From contig OX597814.1 of the NCBI GenBank assembly GCA_951406725.2, positions 87,048,001-87,112,000 on the forward strand: 64,000 bases of DNA, in the 5' to 3' direction. The notes below the pieces were generated by a model. The model worked only from the letters and a program-made list of their open reading frames with translations. It was not told the origin of the DNA and made no database searches. Of the stretch, positions 12,339 through 23,799 are shown one piece after another. Within the stretch, counting starts at the first letter, position 1. Each line of letters starts with the position of its first letter. A program made the position numbers and the translations under genes. Source of the stretch: Octopus vulgaris. Its lineage: Eukaryota.

Positions 12339-13764
12339 AGTCAGGGTTAGGGGTGGGGGAAGGGTATCTTTTTTCTTTGCAAATGTAAATAAACCCAATC
12401 TGTTTCTGAGGGACATATTCATACAGAACAGAATGTTGTTTACGTCAATGGAGGTCAGCGATTGGTTAAGATTGCCAAAATGCTCGATTTTAAAGTGGAA
12501 ATATCTTACAAACTATAGAATTTTCTGAATAAAGCCAAGAAAAAATGATGTTTTATAAACACATTCTACCAGTATACGAAGTTTAAAAGTGTTTAGTTAA
12601 CTAGAAATTGTGTTGAAAACTGCCGTTCAAAAAGAAAAGATCCGCAAAGCATAATGTATTTGCACTACCACAGCTACAATGACTGAGAGATACAGAGAAT
12701 ATACTTTGCCCAATCACAAAAGGGATAAATGCACTGTTTTGGACAAGTGATATGAATAGGAGACCTCTGTTGAATAAAGAAAACTATAGAATATGTATGA
12801 GTTGGGAATAATTTGTGTGGGTCTTTGTAAATTAGGGAGCTGACTTAAGATTACTCAAAAGAAATATGCATTGAGAAATATACCATTGTAGATCTATCCA
12901 AACCATGACACTATGAGAAAATTTGATATTAAATTCATGATGATGATGATGAAAACAAATTATTATTTCTTATCCTTTTTACATAAACTATTACATGCTG
13001 TTCTCACAAAGAATAATTATTATAGTTATGGGTATGTGGTAAGAAGTTTGGTTTCCAACCACATGCTTTTAAATTCAGTTCCAGGCTTTATTAGATTGGT
13101 TAAATGGGAGCTGAAAGACGCCCAGTGTTTATGTGTATATCATCATCATCATTGTTTAACATCCATTTTCCGTGCTTGCACGGGTTGGACGGTTTGACCA
13201 GGGTCTGGGAAGTTTAAAAGTGTTTAGTTAACTTGAAATTGTGCTGACATATGCCGTTCAAAAGGAAAATATCCTGCTTTGCTAATGAGGTTTAATAAGA
13301 TTGAAACATGTCAGGAGCTGTTATCTTACACACAAAGATCAAATTCCTCAACATGCACGCCCATATTATACATAATGTTTATGGTGTATGTGGATGTGTG
13401 AGAGAGTGTGTCATTGCATTTTCAGTGCAAGGTATTCACCATATTAAAGAAAGTGACTCAGAATAAGAGATTTGGTAGTTATGGTGGTGATAGCTGCAGC
13501 CAAATTGATGATGATAAATGTTAAACTGATAGAGAGAGAGAGAAAGATTGAGAGAGGGTGAGAGAGAGAAAGATAGATAGAGAAAAAATGAGAGACGTTA
13601 ACGCTTATCTCTGTGATTGTTGTTGTGCAGATTACTGCTAGCTGCAGTAATGTTGTCTCCATCAAACCCATATTATATCTTTTTATAATATTTCTTTTTG
13701 TCATTTGTAGAGATATTACATTGTTGTTAAGTAAAATTTAAAAAAAAAATATCTTACTTAACTA

Positions 13765-14321
13765 TTGGGCTGTCCAGAAAGATTTTTAAAGTACAGAAAA
13801 AGGTCAATAGATACTTGCCATTACATTTTTACTCAACCAAATATGAACCATTTTGTTGCACGATGCATCTCCATCTTTCCTTTAACTTGAAAATACCCTT
13901 TTCCCAAAATTGAGGTGGTTTCATGGCAAAGAATTTCTCAAAGTATCTTTTTACGTCATCCAAGGAATTGAAATTTTTACCATTAAGACTATTCTGCAGA
14001 GATCTGAATAAGTGGAAATCTGAAGGAGCAATATCTGGTGAATATGGAGGGTTAGGTAACACATCCCACCCAAGCTTCAGCAATTTTTGTCTGGTTCCCA
14101 AAGCATCAAGTGCCAAAAATGAACTTTCTTATCTTCCATTTTAAAGGGTTACAGAATTAACACAGGTTATAGAAACACAAATCTTCTTCCACGGAAAGAT
14201 ATCTTAAACTGTGCTCTAAATGGAGGTGTGGTCAAATCCTATTTTATGGACTCAATCATGTTCTAAAATAAGTCAAAAGGTAAGCTACTATAAATCGGCA
14301 CAAACTTTCTGGACAATCCAA
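13765..14321 (-). mobile_element. Internally deleted mariner
   Basis: TA|ttgggctgtccagaaag ... ctttctggacaatccaa|TA TIRs. Encodes LGWDVLPNPPYSPDIAPSDFHLFRSLQN. Confidence 0.92.
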
Positions 14322-14600
14322 TATCTGTAGTATATCAATGATTTCAAGGTTGATACTACAGATATTCTTTGCTTTGAGTGCTCCTTTTTTGCCTTTACTA
14401 TTCATTAGTGATTTTATAGTGATGAATTCCTTGTGGAATTTCCATCAGTTTAACTCATCTTTATTACAAATAAACCTCAAATTTCATGTCTGTTTCTGTC
14501 TTTCTCTATCTGATATATATTATATATTACTGCAAACATGAAAGCTTCACATCACTAAAACATCTCAAACCAATAGATTTTTCCAATGGTTAAACATGAC

Positions 14601-14780
14601 AAGGTGGCAAGCTGGCAGTATCGTTAGCACATCAGGTAAAATGTTTAGTGGTATTTCATCTATCCTAATGTTCTGAGTTCAAATTCCACTGAGGTTGATT
14701 TTGCCTTTCATCCTTTTGAGGTCAATAAAATAAGTACCAGTTGAGCACTGGAGTCATAACTGGCTTAACTACTCCTGAGT
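14601..14780 (+). mobile_element. tRNA-derived SINE (family A, Meta-domain-like)
   Basis: gctggcag..gttagca A box, gagttcaaattc B box, centre gcctttcatccttt..gtcaataaaataagtacc. Confidence 0.8.
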
Positions 14781-14809
14781 AAGAGTATAAAAACTGCATC
14801 CCTCTTCTA

Positions 14810-15775
14810 AGATGTGTATATATAACATAAAAGCATAAAATTCACGTATAATTCATATTTTAATTATATTCAAGATGCTTCAATACGATAAACACCATGG
14901 AATCTATAATTACATGATTGTGATAATTGATTTAAACCAAATTAGTTTAAAAACAGTGTCTACACAAATTATCAGGAACATTTATTCTTTTCTACTCTAG
15001 GCACAAGGCCTCAAATTTTTGGGGAGTGGGCCAATCGATTAGATTGACTCCAGTGTGCAACTGGTACTTAATTTATCAACCTCGAAAGGATGAAAGGCAA
15101 AGTCAACCTTGGCAGAATTTGAACTCAGAACATAAAGACAGACAAAATACCACTAAGCATTTTGCTCGGTGTGCTAACATTTCTGCCAGCTTGCCACCTT
15201 AGGAACATTTATTAATCAGAAAATTGTTACTGGTTTAAATGCTCTGTGACAAAGAGAAAAACCACCAAGAAGAGGAAAAGGAAAAAAAAAAAATGCAAGT
15301 GCAAGTATCAATTTAGTGTTCGCATTATTCTGCCAAGACTAATCCTTTTTTATCCACATTGCCTTGAACTAATCATGCATTGTCTTGTAGCTATGGGATT
15401 TTGATGAGGTAGCTGTTAATTTTTAAAACGACATTGTAGGGTTGGTGTGAGAGACCAGATCTAGCCAGTTTGAACATAAAACAGGCAGAATACTTTTGGC
15501 CAGATATGGACGGTTTAAATGCTAAAGGGTTAAACCAATAACATTTTTCTGATTAACATAACCTTCTTGATGATTTGGCTAAACACTGTCTTTAAATTAA
15601 TTTGACTTAATTTAAACTGATTAAATATCGCAATCATGTAATTATACATTTGGCAGTGTCTATCTTAATGAAACAGCTGCTGAATACAATCAAAATATGA
15701 ATTATGTGTGAAATTTATGGTTTTCTGCTAAAATATGTTCCTCCTACATATCATTTTAGTTTTATATGTATATGC
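14810..15775. mobile_element. Old foldback element with long degenerate inverted arms, with nested SINE and piggyBac-type MITE
   Basis: Left arm (14810-15238, excluding the SINE) is reverse-complementary to 15530-15775, e.g. ataattacatgattg/caatcatgtaattat. The central piece ends aaaggg|ttaa. Confidence 0.7.
14987..15200 (-). mobile_element. SINE family A with 13-bp TSD
   Basis: Full copy flanked by aggaacatttatt (14974-14986, 15201-15213). Confidence 0.88.
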
Positions 15776-16099
15776 ATGCAAGTTGGTTCCACTTGGATTT
15801 ACTATAATGTAAAAACTTGTTAGAGTTTAATGATCTGCTATTCATTGAACTCTTAATGCAGATTTATTCTTACAGGATTATAATTAAATTTTAGGTATGG
15901 ACATATATCATAGTGGTTGTTCTAATGTCCAACTTTTCATGCTTGTATGGGTCAGATGGAGTTTATTTAGGCAGATTTTCTATGGTTGGATGCCCTTTCT
16001 GTCATCAACCTTCACCTGCTCCTAAGCAATGTAATATTTCCTTATGGCAAGAAATGTTTCTGCAGAATATTGGAAATGAACAAAATGTATGCATGTATA

Positions 16100-17232
16100 T
16101 TAGAGCTGGAAAGAAAGTCATGTTGCATTTATGACAAGATCACTTTTTATATTGCAACTTTTTTTGCAGATTTCTTTATACCATAGTTAAATTTGTATTG
16201 ATTTTACTCTTTTAAAATGAGTTTAGATTGGACCCATTTTAGGCAATGCCTACTCTATGACTTCAAAAGGGGCTCTTCAGCAATAGAAGTGACAAGAATT
16301 ATTTTTGTTTTGTCTACAGAAATGAAATTTTAAGTGTTTGGACATGCCAATGATGATTTGGTCAGTTTCACTTGGGAAATTTTTATTCTTGTATATTCTC
16401 CTCAATCTGGATGATCAAATTGTCAATATCAGGCTTCTGAAAACAGTAACTGAGGAAAATCCAAAGCAAGCTGCACAAGAATTACCAGAACAGTTCAATT
16501 CAAGTTGCACTTCAATCATAAAACATCTTCATGAACTATGAAAAGTGTCTAAACTTGGTCAATGAGTTCCTTGTTATCTGAATACTTCTCACCTTAATCA
16601 AAGAGTTGACTTCTGCTTATCTTTGAAGGGAAAACTTCTACTAAACCTTTTTCAGTTAGAATCATCACAAGTAGTAAAAAGTGGGTTCCCTACAATCATA
16701 TCCTACAAAGGTAACAATGCTTAGCATCCAATGAAAAAGAAAAACCCATCCCAAAACCAGGACTAAATCTGAAAAAAGGTATGGTCTGTGTTTAGTGGTA
16801 TACAAAGGGTGTTGTCTAGGATGAAGTGTTAAACTAAAATGAAACAGTTAATGTGTATTGTCTTCATTTGAAAGTATCACATAAAAATCTCTCTGCATTG
16901 GTCAGAAGTAAAGGGCTGTTTGTCATACATGATATTCGAAGGCCCAAGTCAATCAGGAAATGATTATGTCACTAAATATAGGAGCTTTGCCTCATATTCC
17001 TTACTCTCCTGTCATTACTTTTGCTGACTATCATCTTCACAGATTATTGCAACATTATTTAGAAAGAAAGTGTGAAAAGATTAAAAATGACATTGAATGT
17101 CTCTTTGTTTCAAAACTTGAAGAATTTTATACCTAAGGAATCAACAATTTGCCAAGTAAATGTCAATTAAGATCAAAGAAACATTAGTTTCTTACTCATC
17201 TTGAAATGTGACAGGACTTTCTTTCCAATGAC
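16100..17232 (+). mobile_element. Decayed near-full-length mariner
   Basis: TIRs ttagagctggaaagaaagtc / gactttctttccaa. MSLDWTHFRQCLLYDFKRG, RIITSSKKWV and PYSP..ADYHL remnants. Confidence 0.85.
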
Positions 17233-17259
17233 ATACAAAGTGCCTAGTTCACACCATCA

Positions 17260-17425
17260 AGTGTTTGGCATTAGGAAGGTCATACAGCCATAAAAATCAT
17301 ACAAAAGTAAACACTGGAGCTTAATGCAGTTCTTAGACACACTGGATCCTGTCAAACTGTTCCACTCATACTAGCATGAAACATGGATATAAAATGGTGA
17401 TAATAATGATATATACATACCCCCA

Positions 17426-17464
<39 letters not shown>

Positions 17465-17680
17465 CATACATATATATCATCATCATCATTTAACATCTGC
17501 TGTCCATGCTGGCATGGGTTGGATGGTTTGACCAGAGCTGGTAAGCTGAGGGGCTGCATCAGATTCCCATCTGATTTGGAATGGTTTCTGTGGCTGGATG
17601 ACCTTCCTAACACCAACCACTCTGACAGTGTAATGGGTGCTTTTACATATCACTAGCACAGGTGACAGTGGTGTGCTACC
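17260..17680. mobile_element. Two RTE 3'-UTR copies, tail-to-tail (+ 17260-17410, - 17478-17680)
   Basis: Both match the RTE 3' end, with (GAT)n/(CAT)n tails either side of a (CT)n(TA)n tract. Confidence 0.75.
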
Positions 17681-17689
17681 AGTATCACA

Positions 17690-18420
17690 CAGCAGTGCTT
17701 GGAGGGAAGATGTGCACTGTGTCATCGTCATATTGACCATGACAGAGAAAGTTGAGCAGAGAATCTGCATCAAATTTTGCCAAAAGCTTGGTGATACCAG
17801 CTCAAAGTCCTAAACATATATATGTTAGTTAGTCAATCATTCTCAACACAAGGAGATCTTGTGCAACTGAAACCTGAGTGTCTTTTTGGTCAACTGAAAG
17901 CAGTTTTGTAACAAACTTGGCAGAACCAAATCTTCAGTGATAATAAACTGAACTGAACTGTAACTAATCTGCACATCCTCTGATAACTCACAGATGGTGA
18001 TTTGATGATTTCTCCTCACAGCTGCATGCAGATTCACGAAGTTTTTCTCAGTTCTGCTGGTTGCGGGTCTCCCAGAATGTTTGTCAATATCAACATTTAT
18101 TTGGCCATCTTGGAAACGGCTGAACTCCTCGTACACTTGTGTTGCTCATACACTTCTCTCCAAACACTTTCTGCAACTTTGCATCGGCCTTTGAGCAGGT
18201 ATTGCCATGACAACTTCCTGTCATGGTCAGTGCAACAATCACACACTACACACCTTCCTTCCAAGCACTGCTGTAAACAACAGAAGTGAGCTACAACAGT
18301 AAAACTTAGTGTGTATGGACAGCAGAGTTCAAGGTTAATTTTTGCCAAGTGGCTCGACTCTGCATGCTTTAGCTTTGTTACTATGGCAACAATACGGATA
18401 CTTATCGATCAAACCTCGTA
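17690..18420 (-). mobile_element. 5' half of a mariner (-, 17840-18420) plus an inverted 5' piece (+, 17690-17810)
   Basis: TIR TA|cgaggtttgatcgataagtatccg and HTH region FSRFQDG..HSGRP..ITICELSEDVQISYSSVQFIITEDL. The + piece encodes MTEKVEQRICIKFCQKLGD. Confidence 0.8.
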
Positions 18421-18659
18421 TATCATAATAATTTAAATTTTCCCTTTTCCACACTTGCATGAGTTGAATGAGGTTTATTGAAACAGAATTTTCTATGGCT
18501 GTATGCCCTTCCTGTCACTAACACTTACCTGTTTCCAGGCAAGGTAACATTTTCCAATGGCCAAGCATGTTTTAGAAGAATATTGGAAATGAATGACATT
18601 TATTTACAACATTTAAAACAACACAATGTGAAAACAAAGCAACACAAGCATACATATCT

Positions 18660-18815
18660 ATGCTTCAGTTTCTGTCTACCAAATCCATTCACAAGGCTTT
18701 GGTTGGCCCAAGACTATAGTAGAAGTTATTTACACAAGCTTCCATGCAGAGGAGTTGAACTTGAAGTCATGTGGTTGGGAAGCAAACTTCTTAACCACAC
18801 AGCCACATTAGTGCC
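18660..18815 (-). mobile_element. tRNA-derived SINE family B (CORE-like), 5' part
   Basis: Reverse complement of the head of 51605-52020. Similar pieces at 13030-13135 (+), 23100-23250, 35250-35340 and 55700-55840 (-). Confidence 0.75.
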
Positions 18816-19381
18816 TACGTATATATCATTTAAAATCTTTTTTTCATGCTGGCATAGGTTGGAGGTTTAACAGGAACAGGCAAGTCAGAAGACTGCACCA
18901 AGCTCTACTGTCTGCTTTGGCATAGTTTCCACAGCTGGATGCCCTTTCTAATGCTAACCACTTTATAGAGTGCACTGAGTGATTTTTACATGGCATCAGA
19001 AGCAGTGAAGTAATTTTTATTTATAATATATATATATATTAGATAGCTTGGCTTGTAATTAAAATGTGCTGTTGTTAATTTTTTGCTCAATGTTCAATAT
19101 TTCATTTAGTCCATCTTTAATCATTCTGGGAAGGGAGTGATCATATCAGATCATTTAGAATTTGCTGTTCATTTTCATGTTATTGTTTAAGAAGGAATGT
19201 AAATTTAGGTGATGATGCTGTTTACCATACCATTTCCACTGTTACAAAACTTTCAACTTGATTTGCTGCTTTCCAGCAATAATATATTACCTGTCACCTG
19301 TGATGTGTTTTTTCTTTTATTCTATAATCATTAGCTTTCATTTTGGTAGATGGAAAATTATAATAGGTAAAATTGTCATTT

Positions 19382-19438
<57 letters not shown>

Positions 19439-19889
19439 TTATACATATATATACTATATAGCACACACACATGTATGTTAGCCATCAGTAACAATTAACA
19501 ACTCATCTTAATTGCAAACCAAAATACTAGAATGGAAAAAAAAAATCTTCACAGGCCGCCAAACGAAATCATACCATCTGTTGATTGACGAAAGTGAAAG
19601 TAAAGACATGAACTTAACTTATGGCACTAATGATTTTGCATTGAGTCACTACTCTCCAATAGTTGAGACCTTATATCGAAAATACATTGAATTATTACTA
19701 GTTGGATATAGATAAAACGAACCAGATATTGGTTGCTGTTTAGTGGGACTAAAATTTGAGGCAAAAATATATGCATTCACATTTTAACAGGGACCCACGA
19801 TCCACTCCATAGCCCAAACTAGACTTTTAAGCAAGTTGAGTATATGACAGAAAAGTGAGTCTTAATCAAAATTCCTCATTAAAACTTAC

Positions 19890-20610
19890 CCATGTGACAT
19901 CGGATCTTTGTGTTCGTAACACCAAAACGTTCAGAAGTTTTAGTACCAGGGTACATAATCGAGAAAGAGATATGGCCGAACATAGTATCAGCCATCAGGT
20001 TGGGCAGCGATTTGAGAATAGTAGTTGTCCGAGGGCAGAGAGCAGTGTTTTTTATTATCCACTGTCCCTGATCCAAAAAATGAAATACACACCAGCGACC
20101 TTCATCTGTATTATTCACTTTCCACCGTCCTGGGACTTTGCTATCATCCGGCCAAACCTGAAAGAATTCTTCTGAAATTTCTTCAAAGTTCTGACTTAGG
20201 ATTTTCAAGTCGTTTTGGAATGATTTCAAATGGTTACAATCCTCCGTTGCAGCAGTCTGGTCTCCATACCACCAAGGACGGGATTGTATTTTTTCTAAAC
20301 GAAAAACTGTGGGGTTGCGAACATATTTGTTCGATATATGAACTTGACCAGGAGCCAAATAATGGAACTGTGTACTCAGACTATTTTGTATTCGGCTCAA
20401 ACCATTGTTACCCTGCTTGAGAATGTGAAGGGTTAGTTGCCTTCTAGCAGCTCGTAACACCGACAATTTACAATTACATTGCAACGAAGAGCAGTTGTGT
20501 TTCTCTCGCACACGCCATGTCTTCTGTAGGTGTCGATAGAGGCAATAGGTAGCTAAGATGACCACCAACAGCACCCACCCATTCATAGCTAACTCAACCA
20601 TGGGCGCCAT
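19890..20610 (-). CDS. Aspartate beta-hydroxylase domain-containing protein (ASPHD1/ASPHD2-like), coding exon 1
   Basis: ORF MAPMVELAMNGWVLLVVILATYCLY (N-terminal TM anchor) ... FGHISFSIMYPGTKTSERFGVTNTKIRCHMG matches the ASPHD/ASPH 2OG-oxygenase pattern. Ends at G|GTAAGT donor (19889-19884), phase 1. Confidence 0.93.
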
Positions 20611-21864
20611 TTTGCAGTTATGAATGGCGAACGGAACGAGGGCAAAAAGAAAAACTAACCATGAACAGTAGCAGGAATATACAACAACGGCAGAGAGAAA
20701 GAGAATTAAACCGCTTCTGACTGACAGGATTATTCCGATGTCTTATCGATCCACTTTCTTCCAACTACACGAGGTTAACTTCCAGCACTTCATTCTGACG
20801 CCACCAGATGAGCCGCTAACGTAGTCGCTCAAACTGCTCGAAACAGCAGCTAAATTTCCTCAAATCACATCTTATGTTAAATACAAAACACATTTAACAA
20901 TGTGCTCCTACATAGGCAAAAAGACGAGGTTGTTCTGGATAGAATACGTCTGATTATATATCCTCTTGACCATAACTCACCTGAGATCAAATAACAACAA
21001 TACTAACTCTCCCACCGTTTCTCAACTGTCGCGCAGAATACTGCAGAATTCTTCATACATTAAAGAACATAGACGATACACTTTATAAAAAGAGTAATAT
21101 TTAATCAGCGAGCTTCAGATTTAGTGGAATTTTGAACAAAACATACTGAACATATGATGTAAGTGAAGTAAAAATAAAATGAGAATAAAGATAGTCAGCT
21201 ATCAGAAATAAGATGCATATCCCCAATCGATGTATTTTCAGGTGACCAAATTTCTTGACAGTTAACTGGGAGTAAGCTGCTACTAGTAAGCCAATATAGT
21301 ATTAATTGTTGATACTGCATTAGCCGACTGTACTTTCCGAATACTACACAATCACATGGTGAAGTACCAAAGAAAACAGCTGCAATAAAGTAACAAAGAA
21401 AATAACGAAAGTAAACTAACAAACAAACATAAAATAAAAGCTGAAGCATGTAACGATAGCAAAAACAAAAAACACCGTTGGATACCTGTACCCAGCATGC
21501 AACGCACGTTGCTATGGGCAACTAAATAGCGTCGTTTTTATTATTTAAAATTAGTTCTTGTATGGTATTTATACGCATAACACACTTTGCTTGTTTTAGC
21601 AAATAAAATCTGCCATTTAAAATATTCATTAAATACGATTTTCTTTTTACCTTGCTCAAGTTATTATGATAAGATACATAAATTAAAAAAAAAATGTTCT
21701 TTTGATCAATTGATTGCCTAGAGCTATTGGTACTATTTGATAGGTCGGTTTTGTTTTCCTGACAGCTCCGCTTTCTGAGTCGCAAAGTGACAGATTTGTT
21801 GATCCAAACTTGAATCAGTGTCTTTTTTATCGTTAGATGTGGAGTGAAAAGACGATGTTTAGCT
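20611..21864. promoter_or_regulatory. Divergent (head-to-head) promoter region of ASPHD-like and DNAH10
   Basis: 1254 bp between opposed ATGs, visibly richer in CpG than the surrounding introns. Transcription start sites cannot be located from sequence. Confidence 0.75.
21508..21522. promoter_or_regulatory. RFX X-box
   Basis: GTTGCTATGGGCAAC fits GTTGCC-N(0-3)-GGCAAC, ~340 bp upstream of a motile-cilium dynein ATG. Forkhead-like GTAAAC/AAACAAACA runs lie at ~21411-21430. Confidence 0.8.
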
Positions 21865-22081
21865 ATGGATGATCTGAGGGTGGAATGGATCAGGGATCAG
21901 GTTTTTCTGGCCTTAGATTTACATAAACACGAAGTTTTCAACGAATTTCTCGATCGGGATGAGCAAATAGTAGAAAGTCAATTAGCAGAGTACCTGAATG
22001 AAACACCAAAAGATGGAAAAACTTCTCTTATTTTCTATAAAATCTCAAGAATTGAAGATCAGTTGATCGAAATAGAAAGTG
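21865..22081 (+). CDS. DNAH10: Dynein axonemal heavy chain 10, coding exon 1
   Basis: MDDLRVEWIRDQVFLAL resembles the DNAH10 N-terminus (MDDLRVLWMRDRVY, from memory). Donor G|gtaaga, phase 1. Confidence 0.88.
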
Positions 22082-22419
22082 GTAAGATTACAGTTTTAAA
22101 TATAAGTCTTTTACTAAAGCTATCGTGTCAGATCTTTATTTTATTTTGAAGTTCCTAATAACTTCAGTTGTAAGGATAGAATCTTCACTTTTTTTTTAAA
22201 ATTCAAATTTTAATATAATGAAATGAACCGATTATAGTTTATTGTTTGGTTGACTGCTGTAAAGAAGCTCCCTTATACTTTTCTTTCCCTCCACTCCAAA
22301 AAAAAAAAAAAAGATATAGTAAATGATACAAAGTATATTCTATGTCAGAAACTTTAAAAAATACCAATTCAATGCTCACTATGTCATTAAAGATAAAAAG
22401 AAAGTATTTATGTAGGTTG

Positions 22420-22626
22420 TAGAGTGTGGCTGTTGCCAGTACGGCCTGGCTGGTCCTTGTGCCGGTGGCACGTAAAAGCATCCACTACACTCTCTGAGTG
22501 GTTGGCGTTAGGAAGGGCATCCAGATCAGATTGGAGTCTGATGCAGCCATCTGATTTGCCAAACCTCAGTCAAATCGTCCAACCCATGCTAGCATGGAAA
22601 GCAGACGTTAAACGATGATGATGATG
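22420..22626 (+). mobile_element. RTE 3'-UTR copy
   Basis: Well-preserved 3' end ...gcagacgttaaac(gat)n. Confidence 0.82.
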
Positions 22627-23799
22627 TATTCCATTATAAAATTAATCTTATATGTCAGAGATAATACCAAATGCACCAGCATTTAACAGTGAGTGAGGTT
22701 TTGATGTGACTCTCTACACTTAGAAAAACAATGAGAATAATGATATTTTACTTTCGAATGATGATGACTTTTTGAAGCTGTCAAAACGAAAACGTTTTTT
22801 TTGTTGAAAAAGAATTGATTTCTTACTTTGGTACAAGGCTGCAATTTGAACGATTGAAAAGAATTCTTAATATCATCATCAACATCATCGTTTAAAGTTC
22901 ACTTTTCCATGTTTACCTGGGTTGGATGGAGTATATTTGAGGTCAAATTTTCTATGACTGGATGTCCTTCCTGTCACCAACCCTCACTTGGTTCCAGGTA
23001 ATATTTCTTATAGCCAGACATGTTCACACATGGTCTCACACTCATACACTTATATACATGCATACATACATGTATGAATACATACATATGTGTGTGTATG
23101 TTGGACTTCTTTCAGTTTCTGTCTACCAAATCCACTCACAAGACTTTGGTAGGTCCAAGGCTATAGTAGAAGACACTTGCCCAAGGTGCCACACAGTGAG
23201 ACTGAACCTGGGACTATGTGGTTTGGAAGCAAACTTCTCAACACACAGCTCTGTCAGGTGGATAAAAGGAATGGTTGATCCGAAGGAGAAATGAAGTAAA
23301 ACTGTAAAAGAACAAATAAATACAGCTAAACATTTTGTCCAGTGCTTTAAAGTTCCAGCTATCCAAATTAAATCATTTTATCACTCACAAATTGTAGGTT
23401 CAGTTGTAATTTTGAATTCACATCATGTAGATATCTAGCATTTTGATGTTCTGCTTGTGTCATCCCACTGCACTTTCCTATTGAATAATGGGTTAATTAT
23501 TTTCCATATCACTCATACCTATTGGCCAAATACCTTTCAGAAGCATTAAGTAAATAAGTGATGGGGTTTGATCTGGCACTCCATCACTATCATCTATCTT
23601 CTTCACAGCTACTTCCACCCACTCTTATACAATGAGGGTAACTATCTATCTTCTCTCTAGCAAGACAGTTGTGCTTGATCCTCTATCATATTTTAACCTT
23701 CCAACACCTGGCATAAAGCCATCTCTTCCTTTTTCAACTACTCCTACCACTTAGCTGAGAGGGCTTTTTCCTTTCCTTTTCTTGTCTTTCCTGTCTTGT

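Noticed and set aside
19855-20420. Plus-strand ORFs of 106 and 131 aa
   Set aside because: Antisense shadows of ASPHD exon 1 with no recognisable motifs.
20798-20817. CTCF-like motif cgccaccagatgagccgc
   Set aside because: Mismatches in the conserved GGC part of the core, too weak without data.
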